This document shows, piece by piece, positions 50,380-63,380 of a stretch of 64,000 nucleotides of DNA. Within the stretch, counting starts at the first letter, position 1. The number at the start of each line of letters is the position of its first letter. Origin of the DNA: Lama guanicoe (taxonomy: Eukaryota). The notes below the pieces were generated by a model. That model was not told the DNA's origin and made no database searches. It was given only the letters and a program-made list of their open reading frames with translations. The DNA lies in assembly GCA_013239625.1 (NCBI GenBank), contig MU054391.1, positions 3,811,130-3,875,129 on the forward strand. Reading direction: 5' to 3'. Both the position numbers and the translations under genes were made by a program.

Positions 50380-52562
50380 AGCTCTCAGGCTCCACCATGT
50401 GATTTTTTTTTCAGTGGAGCTATGCAATTTCAATGGAATATCGTGATAGCGTTGCCACAGCTGTTGGCTGTCATAGCAGCTTGTGGCTTCTTTGTGTTGA
50501 AGTGAGTGTCAGACACTTTAAGGACATCTGGGACAGAAATGTAAGTCATGTAAGTCATGATTCTTTATCTTATTTAAATTCTACAAATGTTTAATGGGCG
50601 CCTGGTATGTGCAGAGTGTCCCAAGGAATACAGCTATGGCTGGGGTGTAATCTCTCCTTTTGACAAGTTTAAAACATATTTTTGATCAAATTCAAGAATT
50701 CAGCTCATATCTGTGTGACTTTAACGACTGAGTTCTTTCTACCTAGTGCCTCCCATAAGCAGACAGTTCTATTTCTTGGTGTGTCCAGAAGCAGATGGGT
50801 GGAGTCCGGTGGCCCGTTACCCAAAGAAGGGCCACGCAGCACCCCCCATCGGCGGTTCTCAGTCCTGACTGCCCGCTGGAACCCGGGGAGCTTTGGGGCC
50901 CAGCAGCACCAGGCCTGTGCCCCAGAGAACTGAGTCAGGATCCCTGAGGCTGAGACGCAGGGGGCAGTGTTTCATTTTTAGCTCTTGATAATACCAGGAT
51001 GCAGCTACTGTAAGAACGAGAACTCCACGGCTGAGAAAGAGGTGTGCCATATTAGAGAAACCAGTTTTCCTCTTTTCTGAAACAGTTAAGCTATTTATTT
51101 TTCAACAGCTTAGTTAGGCTATAGAATGTTCATTTTTGATCTTCAACATTCGACAGTAAAAAAAAAAACTGAACTTGAGGGATGCAGAGCACTCAACAAT
51201 GTTCAAATTCAAATATCTGTTCAGTTATCACTTGTTCAATCACTATCAGTAAGGGCTTACTTAATGCTGGCCACAGGGGTGACACAGCGGACCTTCGTAA
51301 AAGGACGTTATAATCTGGTGAGCAAGAGAAACTAGGAACCCAGTGACTCCAGTGCAGTGGAAATGAAAGGAAACTCATTTTATAACAAGGGCCCAAATGA
51401 AAATCACGGCCACTGCAACCCTGTCAGACACACACGGAACCCCAGCCTCTGACGATGGGATCAGACGATGGGGACTGACTGAGGCCATGACACGGACCAC
51501 TCCGTGGACAGCTCTGCTCTTTCTGCCTGCATGTTAGGTTGCTGCCTCTGTACCTGGGCTTTGAGAAATGTGTCAGGCCCCTTCTGTGAAAACCCATGCC
51601 CCTGGCCCAGTGCTGTGCCCTCATGCACCCATGTAAAGCCCCATAGCTCACTGATAAGAAAATGCCAGTTCATCTGCCGTCTCCCCTTGCTGGCTGTCAG
51701 CCTCGCTCACGGCCCTGCTTTGGGCGCCGACACTGGAGGACTCCTGCAACCACGCTCCGCTCCAGCCTCCCACTTGTGTGAAGAGAGAAGGTGTGTGCAA
51801 GGCATGGGCTCAAGTTCAGGCCCCCCGCAGAGTGCTGGTAGAAGGAGCCAGACGAGGAGAGCCGGGCCGCAGAGGAGCGACCTAGGGGCTCCAGCCGGCG
51901 GGTGCGCGGTGGGGCGCCTCCCTCTCCTGGCCGGGCTCCAGCCCGGGGTAGCTGACAGACCGGCAGCCTTGGGGGGTTTCTCCCACTGGTGTGTAACAGT
52001 TCTAACACGCCATCCTAACCTCCCGACAATCCAGATGTTTAAGCAGCAATTTCCAAGCCCTGCAAAACTCCTTTGCACTTAGAAAAGTTAAAGTCAGTTC
52101 ATTTATCCCAGTCAGTTCCCCTCCGTCCCCTTGACGTTGCCTGCAGTGAGTAGCCAGCCTCGGTGGGTCTCTAAGTCATGACTCCTGGCCCCTGGGTCCA
52201 CATCGGGGAACTTGGGCATGTCCATTATGTATCTGACATGCTTTTTGGGCAGGGTGATTACCTTTAAAAACAAATACATAAACAATAAGGGTTCTTATTC
52301 GGAGGCTGGGTTCTGCCCTCTGCTCTCCCTCAGAGGTTTTGGGTGAGCTTGGACCAGCTGTTTAGATTCTCAAGGCCTTGATTTTCTCACCGGTGAAATG
52401 AGAGGGTGGAGTTCCACCCCAGACCTAATTTGAATTTTTGAACTCTATCCCGGGATGACTTAAAACCATAAAAAAAAAAAATCCATCTAAATCTCAGTTA
52501 AAGACAATTGATACACCAACGATTAAATGGCTTATTCCGAAGGCTTGTAAAGAAGTCCCAGG

Positions 52563-52587
52563 GTTCTAGAAAGTTCTAGAGCTTTCT
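52563..52587. promoter_or_regulatory. Candidate heat-shock element (HSF1)
   Basis: gTTCtaGAAagTTCtaGAGctTTCt: five alternating nGAAn/nTTCn pentamers with one mismatch. Confidence 0.5.
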
Positions 52588-54083
52588 TTCAGAAACAGCC
52601 CTCTCCCCCCATGACTATGTCAATCTGAGCACAATGCTCAGCGATCCTTAATCTGTTATCTCCCGAACATCACTCGGTGATTCAGTGTGGAAATCTGTAG
52701 GCGTCAAGCTCAGAGCGAGTGCACCCTCAATGTGACTACGGCCTCCCAAGCTTTCCCAGACCCCGACGGTGAGACACTCCGCGGACTGGGCGTTCCTGAC
52801 TGCATCTGCACACAATGCTGTCCTCGGGGTCCAAGGTGCTGGCTTCCCGACACTGGCAGGTGATGGACACTTGCACCGGTTAGTGGCTAAGGATCGGTGC
52901 GAGGTGTGTTGGCTTTAAGAAAAAAAAAAAAAGAAGAGGAGCAGTTGGCTTTTTGTCTGTAGCTTTTTGTTTGGCATGGGGGGAGGTGAGCCCAGCACCT
53001 CTCCGGCCAGCTGCTGGGTCCATCTGCAGCAGGGCCGGCTCCGTGATCTACGGCCAGAGTGCTGCACTGGGAGCCTCTGCGGCTGCTTCGCGGCAGCTGG
53101 TGTGAATGGCAGTGGAAAAATAAACGCTTCTCTTCCCCCAAATCAGGAAAAATGCTCCCAAGGAAATGCGCACACACACAAACACACCCCCCCCTAGACT
53201 CTTCCGTTCTGGCTGCAATTCTCAGGCTCGTGGTATGAGCCCCAGGGTTGGGGTTTTACTTTTGAAGACCTGTCTTTTCACTTGGGAGCAGTTGAACCCC
53301 CAGTGATGTATCAGAGTTGTCCGGCATTCAAGTTTCGGCCTCTGAGGAGGTTAGCCGTCCAGAAGAAAGGACCGGGCTTGAGTTAGGAGGGAAAACACCT
53401 TCATTTCCTCTCACATCAGATTCTAATTTCAAAAACGTTCTTTGAAATGACAGATTGGAAACAGTAATTCTCAGCCATTGGAAACTCCATGTTCTCCTGG
53501 GCCAGCCTGGGGACTCAGGGGGCTGGAAACGGACCACGGCCCTTCACCTCAGCTGGTGTCCTCAGGCCCACGCACGGCAGGGCCCCCTGAATTACACTGA
53601 AGTGCCCTCTGCTGAAACGGGCCCTGCCCCGCTGACAGCCCAGTGCCCCAGTCAAACAGCCCAGCGACCCTGAGAGGAGCTGAGCTCATGGGCCGGAACA
53701 CACAGGCATTTTTCCTTTCATTTGGCAAGGATTTTTAATAGATTCTAATAAACACCCAGCAACCTTTAGTCTTTGATTAAGATGAATCCCAAGCCCTGAG
53801 GGGCTCAGATCCCAGAGGGAGAAACAGAGCCAGGAGTAACCCAGCGGTGGGCCCTGCAGGTTCACGGGAGGACGCCGTCAGGCCTGCTTTGCAGACGGGT
53901 GTCAGGATGGGCCTGCGACATTTCCCACGGTGGGGACGCAGGGGCGTGACTGGCACTGCCGGTTCACCACAGCCCAGATAAATGCTACTGTCGTCGCCAT
54001 GAAGCCTTTTCTGACATTTCGACCAAAAGTGAATTTTCCTTTCTCTAGGCTCCAAAGTTTTAGTCTCTAAAACTTGTTTTTCT

Positions 54084-54896
54084 ACAATGAGGTACCAGCT
54101 CACACCAGTCAGAATGGCCATCATTAAAAAATTCACAAATGATAAATGCTGGAGAGGCTGTGGAGAAAGGGGAACCCTCCTTCACTGCTGGGGGGATGTA
54201 ATTTGGTGCAGCCATTATGGAAAACAGTACGAGATTCCTCAGAAAACTAAAAATAGGGTTGCCATGTAATCCAACAACCAGACTCCTGGGCATATATTTG
54301 AAAAGACTCTAACTTGAACAGATACACACACCCAAGGTTCATAGCAGCGCTATTTACAATAGCCAGGACATGGAAGCAAACCAGATGTCCATCAACAGAT
54401 GCTTGGATAGAGAAGATGCAACGTATCTCTACAACAGAATACTACTAAGCCATAAAGAGGGTAAAACAACGCCATTTGCTGCAACACAGATGGACCTGGA
54501 GATCCTCATTCTAAGTGAGGTAAGCCAGAAAGAGAAAGACAAATGTATGATATGACTTATATGTGGAATCTAAAAAATGATACAAACTTATTTACAAAGC
54601 TGAAACAGACTCACAGACATAGAAAACAAACTTACAGTTACCAAATGGGAAAAGGTCTCGGGAGGGATAAACTAGGAGTTTGGGGTTAGCAGATACAAAC
54701 TACTCTATACAAAATAGTCCTACAGTATGGCACAGGGGACTATAGTCAATATTTTGTAATACCCAATAATGGAAAAGAATGTGAAAAATAATATATATAT
54801 ATATATATATGTGTGTGTATAACCAAATCACTATGCTGTACACCAGAAACTAACACACATTGTAAATCAACTATACTTCAATAAAAAAAATAAAAA
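54084..54896 (+). mobile_element. 5'-truncated L1 (ORF2 C-terminal Cys-rich region, 3' UTR, poly-A)
   Basis: ORF 54087 reads [35 protein letters not shown] and ORF 54370 ends PFAATQMDLEILILSEVSQKEKDK. The element ends caactatacttcaataaaaaaaataaaaa. Possible TSD cttgtttttct / cttgttttact. Confidence 0.93.
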
Positions 54897-56531
54897 CACC
54901 TTGTTTTACTAGTTCTCAGTTGATACCTACTTTCTGTCCATGTGCCACTTGAGGGCAATGATGGGGCGTGACATTTCGTAGCCCTACTTCATATACCCGG
55001 CAGAGCAGAGAAATAGTACATTTCTTCTTTGCCTGAATAAACCGCCTGGCAAGAAACAGCATCACTCAAGGTCATGCTGAGATCTGGGTGCCTTTGGCCT
55101 CTGTTTCGCTGCAGGGCCTGGCCAGCCCAGGACCCATCTGGACAGATAGAAGGTGGAAGCTGTTGCCTGCAAATCATCCTTGAGAATGCTGGTCACCCTG
55201 ATGATGTCAGCATTTGCAGGTGTCCTTCATCCTAGTGCCCTGGAGAGGGAGAGGTGAGAGCTAGCAGGAAGGGAACATGCTTACTGGAGTCAAGAGAATA
55301 AGGTCTACGCCACTACGCAGAGCCCCAGTGGAGGAGAGCTGGGTCAACAGGACACGATACACTAGATTAGACAGGTCACAGGTCGTGGGCTTCCTTATTC
55401 TGCCATGTTGGATACACAACCAAATTTCTCTAAACTTCGGTTTCTTTGTCTTTAACTGGCTTTTGTGAATTGCATTTTGAGAGCAGGGAGAGGAATTAAC
55501 AGGATATATATATACACATATTTAGCAAAATTACTGTCATGTATAAAGCTGGATTAGGACTCTATTTGTAGAGAGATCCCATAAATTTCTTTCTTTCTTC
55601 CTTCCTTTTTTAAATGCATAATAAAAAGTGTGCATGATTTACAAAAATCGGGGTAATGAAAGCTTAGGAAAAACTGTGACCTCACTCACAGCCCCTGCCC
55701 TGGGCCCCAGAGCGAATACTTCAGACTCTTCTTGTCCTTACTTCTGGTTTAAAACGCCAGATTTATAAACAATATATATTTATTCTACTGTTTAAAATGT
55801 AAAACATTCTCTATTAATTTCAATCATGAAAGATGAGGGTTTAGGTGTCGTCTGTATGTTCACCACACGTATCTTTGACAAAATTTTTTTCTAATTTCAA
55901 TCAATAATAATGATAATTTTCTTACACAATAATTATTTTTGAGAAAAGGTTTAGCATCACAGTCAGTATCACCCCACACGTAGGAAATGCATGAATTCCA
56001 CTGTGGGACAGCTGAGATTTCCATGTGAGAACATCCATCCTCCTGGCTCAACACGGACAGCTCTGCGCTGAGTCTCTGGTCAAGCTTTCATCTTGGAACC
56101 TGCCTTCACGAATTTCCTGGGAAGTCATTTTTTTAAATCACACCTAATTTTGCTTACCTTCCTCCAAAACTCCATGATTTCCTCTTTTTGGTGAGTTTCC
56201 TTCTTTATTTGTTTGAGTACATTCTTCAGGATCTTCCTGAGAAAATGTGCAGAAGAGGTTCATTTCGTGAGATATTGCTTGCCAAAAATATCATTATTGG
56301 GGGCCAGTATTTTTTTGGTTGGATATAGAATTTTAGATCAGAAATTATTTTAACCTCAGAATATTCAATTCTGCAGATATTGCTGCATTGGGTTGCAGTC
56401 ATTATTATGATGATTCCTGTCTGAATCCGTTTCTCAGAAAATATTTGTTTCTTCTCTCAGAAAAGCTTTTAATCTCTTATGTTTAACTTGGCATTTTGAA
56501 ATTTTGCCATGGTGTTTTTTTGCTGTGGCTG

Positions 56532-56621
56532 TATATACATATTCATTTATTCATATATATACACATTCATTTATTCATATATATACATATTCATTTATTC
56601 ATACATATATATTCATTTATT
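56532..56621. repeat. AT-rich minisatellite, about 4 copies of a 22-24 bp unit
   Basis: Unit atatatatacatattcatttattc, repeated with small variations. Confidence 0.85.
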
Positions 56622-56633
56622 GAGTAGGTCGCT

Positions 56634-57080
56634 TTATTAGTTTCCTGTGACAATGACCGCTAACTGGGTGGCTTAAAAAATTTATTTTCTTAAGTTCTGG
56701 TGGCCAATAGCCTGAACTCAGTTTCCCTGAACTGAAATCCAAGCCCAGGCAGGGCTCTGTCCTTGCCCCTTCTGGCCTCTGGTGGCTGCCAGCGTTCCTT
56801 GGCTTGTGGCTGCATCGCTCCAGTCTCTGCCTCTGTGGTGACAGTGCCTTCTCTTCTGTGCATACCAAACCTCCTTCAGCCTCCCCCTTACAAATCCACT
56901 CGTGATTGCATTAGGACCCACCTAGATAACCCAGGATCATTTCCCCAACTCCAGATCCTTAGCTTAATTTTCATTTCATACATTTTCAAATACTTAAAAA
57001 AATATATAACATTCACAGCTTCCAGGTATTAGGACACAGATTTTGTTGGGTGCGGGGAGCTAACACTCAGCCCACCACAG
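56634..57080 (-). mobile_element. MLT1-type solo LTR inside old L1-like sequence
   Basis: ttattagtttcctg...gggtggcttaaaa...ttccttggcttgtggctgcatcgctccagtctctgcctctgtgg...cattcacagcttccaggtattagga...ctcagcccaccaca. Confidence 0.75.
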
Positions 57081-60000
57081 TCACGCAGTCGGAGCTGCAG
57101 TTCTTTGATTCTGAGACATTTTCATCTACTACTGCTTTAATAATCCATCCCTTCCATTTACTTCGTGTTTTCTGGAACTCCTGTTATTGAGACATTTGAT
57201 TTCTCAGATAAATTCTCTTAATTTCGTATCTTCTCTATCTCCCATTTCCCATAATTTTTATTACATTTTTCTGGGAGATGTTCTCAAATTTTCTTCCAAC
57301 CCTTTTATTGAGTTTTAAACTTTGTAGATTATAGTTTCAACTTCTAAGGGCTCTGTTCTCTGATCGTTCATATTTAACAGCATTCTGTTCTTGTTTCATT
57401 GATGTAACAATGTGACAATTCTCTTTGAGAATATTGATTAAATATGCTTTAAAAGATTTGTTTTGCTCATTGCATCTCCTTGGCTTCCTTTTCACCTTGT
57501 TCTTAGGTTTTGATTTCTCTTCCTGTTGGCAGTTTTCCCCAGTTACCTAGTGCTTCTTGGCTTTCTGCTTTGATTTAAGGGTCAAGTACTAAACGGCTGG
57601 CCTGAAGTTCCGTGTATGGCTTAGTTAACTGGCAAGTTTCACCTGGAGTGATTGGTGGTTGGATGGATATGACTGTGTCCTTGGACCTGTGTTTTTTCTC
57701 TCAGACACATCAGTTCTCAAGAGATTGGTTCTTCCGTCTCAGCCGGTGGTGTGCTGGGGAACAAGGAGAGAAGGATTTGGGAGGACCTCCTCTTCCTCAT
57801 GCTGACTTCATTCTTTCCCTCTGTCTTCAGCCTCGTGCTTTACCTTCTCTCTCCTCTTTACTCCTAAGTCCGGAGACTCAAGTTTGATTTTTGCCATCAG
57901 GGAAATGCCCCATATCCCAGCTGGATGGAGGAGTGTGGATGCCTCAGTGCCGAGGGCGGAGCAGATCTGGAGGTCTGGCCCTCCGTATGGGAGTCTAATC
58001 AGTCCTGCCTCAGCCTCTCTCCTCACTCCTGTTTCCTGAAATAGGTGGAATTTCCGGGATTTTCTGTGATCTTCATCCTTAATAAACCATTGACTTAAAT
58101 ACAGTGAGTTTTAAGCTCCTTGTTTGGATAAACAATGGACACTGAGCACATGCAATGTGCAGTCACCATGCTGGGCATCGTCTGGGGAGTGTGATGGTTT
58201 GGTGAGGTCGACCATCAGTGACGGGGACATGTAGGGACTTATTCAGGATTGAGTAGAAAAATTGGGGCAGACTAGTGAGAAAAGTCCCTACATGCTGTAC
58301 CTTGGGGACTGAATTCATCTGTGGGCAACGAGGCACCTATGAAGGGTTTGAAATGGAGAAGTCAGATGTCCAGCAGGAAGTTCAAAGAGGACATATTCAC
58401 CAAAGTTTCCTCTCTCTCCTTTCATTCTCACTCCTTTTCTCCTTGTATCGTTTTCGTTCTCTCACAGTCTTTCTAATACACACTTTCATTTGTAAATCTC
58501 CCAAGTAGATTTTCTTGCTATGAGATTGTAGTATTTTATCATCAAGTAATCCTTCAACTAATCTAGCTACACTTAGCTTACGCCGTTTTTTTAGTAACAA
58601 GTGCGAAGTTCGATTTGTTTAAAGCAGATTTTTTTTATTATTAAAATGAACAGTTCACACCAATCAAAAGAAGTCAGCACTTAGAATAGCTCAAAATGGA
58701 TAGACATAGAGATTTGGAACATATTTTGATAACTGAACAGGAGGACAGCTTCAAGATTTGTGACTAAAGGTTGTCCAAGTTTCCCATATTTTAAAGATTT
58801 GCAGGCAAGCTCAAAACCTGTTTGAAATAAGGAACTCCTGTCTCAAATGCCGATCACACTTGTCCTATGTATAGATCGTGCTTATTCTATAAATGTCATC
58901 CAAGGGAAGGTCAGAGCTACCCACCTGGTCCTTATCTTTACCAGCTGTGAAAGAGAAAGTTGTGAAGAGAGAGCCTCTAAAAAATTCACATCTCTGGCCA
59001 TGTATGAAAAAAGGGAAAAGAAATCCAACACATCGAACACCTGTTGTGTGTCGGGCACTTGCCCTGGCACTCACCTTCCTTCATGCAACAGTGATGAGAG
59101 GCAGGTGCTTTTATTACATCTTCAAATGGCAAAACCAAGGCTCAGAAGTCGATGGTCCAGATCACCAAGGTGGAAGGGGAAGCGTGCAGTCTGCTCTCCT
59201 GGGTCCCACAGCTGCATTTTCAGGTTCCAAGAGAGTGAGAATAAATCGTACGGTTTCTTCTGTTCACAAACAGCCGAGAGAAAAGGGCTCCAGAAAGCTC
59301 CTCTGTTTGATGGGAAAGCAGGTCTCTTCGTGTTTCCTTGTCAGCAGTGACAGTCTGCCTTCCCCTGCGTGGTGCAGAGGGTCAATTTAAATCCTCTGAA
59401 GTGCCAAGAGCCCCATCTGCTCCTCCATCTGAAACGGGAATATTTTGCTCTTTTTTCTTTTTTTTTAATCTCGATTTGGTTTTTCAGTGTTTGTGTTGCA
59501 GCCTTCAGCCCAGATGCCAATAATGAGGAAAATGTATTAAATGATAAGGGGGAATCAGTGAAATTAAAATGAACGAGAGAAGCACATGGGAAATGGGAAA
59601 TAACAACAACAAAATGAAGTCTTGCTGTGCTGTCCAGCCCAGGTGTGAGGAGGAATGAAGGCACATTCCTGAGAGACTCCAACAGAACTGGTGAAGCCCC
59701 GTGCCTGCAGGAGAGGGGTCAAGGCGGCCCCAGAAGACATGACGGGAACACCTTGAAGAGCCTGCCTGAAGATGCAGCCTGCACTGTGGTCCAGCTGCTG
59801 TGGATCAGGGATGCTCATATTTTTATGTATGTGAGCCTGAGAAGGGAGTGCCAGGGTAACACACAAAAATGCTGGAATCTCCAAATTATTGGCTTCACAT
59901 CTGTGTGCAAAGCTGCAACTCTCCATTATGAGAACGTGAGGACAGTGTTTCAGAGAATCGTAGAATTACAGATTTTGAAGCTACCATGCGTGGTTGAAGG

Positions 60001-62324
60001 AGGGGCGTCAGGAAGTGATGGGTTAAGCACCGGGCGAGAAATGACAGGAGCAGGGGTTTGGAACCACCCAGGCAGGCGTCGCTGGTCAACCTACAAAATC
60101 TCCCTATACCTGTTTCTTCAGCCAGAAAACGGAGCTCAGGATGGTACCATGGAGATGTCAAAAGTAAATGAAACGGTCATGTTCCATATATCATGCTGAG
60201 GTAACAAGGTGTTATTAATAATCCCCTAATCTGATCGCTTATTTTACATCTGAGGAGAAGGATGCCTAAGGAAGGGAAATTATTTCCTATTTTACTTAAA
60301 GCAGCAACTGTTTAGATTTTTGCACTAATTAAAGCTCTTCCAGGTGAGTTTTTACCACTCATTCTCCGAGGGGCCGGGAACCCCCCCCCCCAGGCTGAGT
60401 TACCCTCGCTCCGCAGGTGGGAGCGCACACACGTTGGTCGGCAGCTTGTCATTCTTCCTGGAATATGACGGTTGCTCGTGGACCACAGACTCCCTGGGGC
60501 GGGACGGGCAGTCAGAGCATCTTGGCAAACTGGTGCATGGTGATCTTTGGGCTGCCAAGGAGTCTTTTTAAGGCTACTTTGGGCGAATAAGTGAGGACTC
60601 CACCTTTTCCAATTTTAAAACTAGGCTGCTCTGCAGATATTTTTGTATATGACAAATACAGGGTTAGATAGATTCTTATGAAAGTTTGAAAACTCTTGAA
60701 GTATGCTCTGAGTCCCTGACTTGACACATATAGAACTGTGACTCAGAGGGGCAAAGACATCTGTCTGAGGACACCCAGCTCACTCACCCTGGACAGCCTA
60801 CTTCCGCTAACCCTCAGACCAGCACCACCACCTCCAAAGTAACACCCCTCCCTTTCAGGTATCAATGACACTCATTTGATGAATTGCCTATGGGTATCGG
60901 CAGAAAAGCTGAATTTCATATCCATGTAGGCAAGATAATATTTTTGGAACCCCAAAATAATCATTTTGAAAGTATTTATGCAACTATCCCGAGAGCAGTT
61001 TGTTTAAAAATGTGTCTATTTATTTAAAAACTGTAAGATAGGAATTTGATATGCCATCAGCACTTCAAATCCTCCCTTAGTTGAAAGTTTAAGGCAAATT
61101 AAAATCCATAATAACAGAACTGTTTCCGAAGATTACAGGCAAGTGTGAAATGGGCATTGATTATAAATGTCTCCTGCTATAATTTCTAGGGGTTTTAAAG
61201 AAATCGGGGGACTGTGTCGTTGAACATGAGGACACCGTAAACTTGACAAGCTGACAACAGCCAGTACTTACTTGCCCTGTGCAGGGAAGACAGAGGAGAG
61301 AGGGCATTCCTCATCCGCTCCCTGTGCCCCGGAGGGTGGCAGGTGGACCTCGGGCGCTTCTCTGCTTGAGGGAAGGCCACCAGCAGAAACCAGTTCCTTG
61401 GAGGACCAGGGTCTGCTCTGAGGAAGGCTGGGCTTGGCCTCCAGAGAGAAGCAGAGGGCGCCGTGTCCCTGTCCCCGAGGAGATGCTGTGATCACTCTGA
61501 CATCTCAGAATTCCTGGCGTCAAGAGCCAGCTCCATCCGTTTTTCCGGGCACAGCAGATCGTGGCCAGGTGGCTTCACGCCCTGCCAGAGGGGTCTTTGA
61601 TTTCTTTGTTTTTCAACGCAGAAGCGCTTTCTTCCCTCTGTGATTTTCTCTGCAGGTCCCTGGCCTCTTGTTTGGCGTTGCTCGTTTATCTCAACAGTCC
61701 TTATTCCTGTGAACTGAGCTGACATATCCTTCCAGAAGCTGGAAGTCTGAAAGCCATCGTGGCCCCATGGAGACGCCTCTGGGAAAAATCGCCAGCTCTG
61801 TCCTCGACAGCAGGCGTCACTGTTGCAGCAGGAAACCCTGCCAGGCCCGGCCAGCTCACGGATGCTCATGCCCAAAGGAGAAAAGGCCCCGCAGGAGACA
61901 CAGACTTGGCAAACGGAACTCTGAAATGAACGCGGAGCCGCATAAAAGGCTGCAGCTCATCCGCGTGTCTTGAAGGGCTGAGCCCCTGTTCTTCTGGAAG
62001 CGAGACAGTGGGACTGGGCCCGGGGGGGCGGCCACTGACGAGCCCACAAAAGCGGGCGGCCAGAACGGCTTCCTCGCCCGGGAGGAGCGGAGGGGAGCAG
62101 GGACAACCCCTCGTCTCCGGGACCGCAGCCTCGGGGGAGTCTTCTGTGCTGTGCCGGGCTCCGGCGCTCAAGCCTTCAATCTCTCGGTGACAACGCTCAG
62201 CAAGAAGCCGTGTGGTGGAACACAGGCAGCTCCCTGGGTTTGCCCAGGGGCACCTGGAGAGAGACGCAAAGCTGTAGGAGACCCTCCGCTGTCTTGCAGC
62301 TCATTCTGGTAGCGACAGAACAAT

Positions 62325-62612
62325 GGACTTATTTACAAAACAGAAACGGACTCAAAGGCATATGAAACAAACTATGGTCACCAGAAAGCGGGATGTGGCG
62401 GGGAGGGATAAACGAGGAGTTTGGGAGCAGCAGATACAAACTACAATGTATGAAACAGATGAAAAACAACAACGTCCTACTGTAGAGCATAGGCAACTGT
62501 AAAAACCTGTAATGGAAAACAACCTAAAAAGCATATACGTGTGTGTGTAACCAAGTCACTTTACTGTACACCTGAGACTAACGCAACACTGTAGATTGGC
62601 CACACTTCAGAA
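62325..62612 (+). mobile_element. L1 3' UTR fragment
   Basis: cttatttacaaaacagaaacggactc...ggagtttgggagcagcagatacaaacta...gtcactttactgtacacctgagactaacgcaacactgta, collinear with 54587-54880. Confidence 0.8.
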
Positions 62613-63184
62613 ACAGCGCAGTGCAGGTTGCCGGCGCCCTGACCCCTCCCGGGTCCCGGCACCCACAACGCAGGGGCGTCCAGTGACTCACGCAGACGTC
62701 CTCTGAGGCTGGGGGACTCCACGTGGCTGTGCTGAGACTGCTCACGTGCGTGGGTTCTTTGCAGACAGGGTTGTTCATTTAAAGTCCAAACATCACGAAA
62801 TATTAATAAGAAGTCAGAGTTTACCTCTCTTTGGGCACACATGAAAACCGCCTATTTCAGGAGTTGGAACTTGGGAATGCTGACATGCAGCTTAGCTCCC
62901 TGTGGTAGGGTTTAAGTACAAGGTACACCCGTGAATAGAGGAGATAAAAGAAAGGAAGACACGGTGGGAGAGATGGAGTCTGGGGCCAGGTGCTCACCGG
63001 CCTTGACCTGTCATGTTCCCAGGCAGGACCTGGGACCCCAGGAAGCCAGTGCTGGGTGCAGGCTGGGACCACAACTGCTGTTTAGTGAGGGGCTCATTCT
63101 GAACACAAGCCACACTTCTTAAGGGTGCCCCCCACCCCCGCCCCTGACATCTGAAGCCAGTGAAGAAGACACAGGGATCATTTA

Positions 63185-63380
63185 CATATAAAATAAGCAA
63201 CAGGTTTATACTGCAGCGCACAGGGAACTATACGCAATATCTTGTGTAACTTATAGTGAAAAAGAATGAAAACAAATATATGTATGTTCATGTATGACTG
63301 AAGCATTGTGCTGTGCACCAGAAACTGACACAACTTTGTAAACTGATTGTACTTCATATATATATATAAAATTAAAAAAA
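63185..63380 (+). mobile_element. L1 3' terminal fragment with A tail
   Basis: cacagggaactatacgcaatatcttg...tgctgtgcaccagaaactgacacaactttgtaaactgattgtacttc...aaaaattaaaaaaa. Confidence 0.8.

Noticed and set aside
49996..50433. Poly-Trp/Arg (minus) and poly-Pro (plus) ORFs
   Set aside because: Products of the CCA/CCG repeat; only the downstream hydrophobic segment was kept as a tentative finding.
52214..52243. p53-like half-sites GGGCATGTCC and TGACATGCTT
   Set aside because: 10-bp spacer and a mismatch; functional sites usually have no spacer, so this is expected by chance.
56532..56621. Regularly spaced direct repeats, superficially CRISPR-like
   Set aside because: No unique spacers, low complexity, eukaryotic context and no cas genes.
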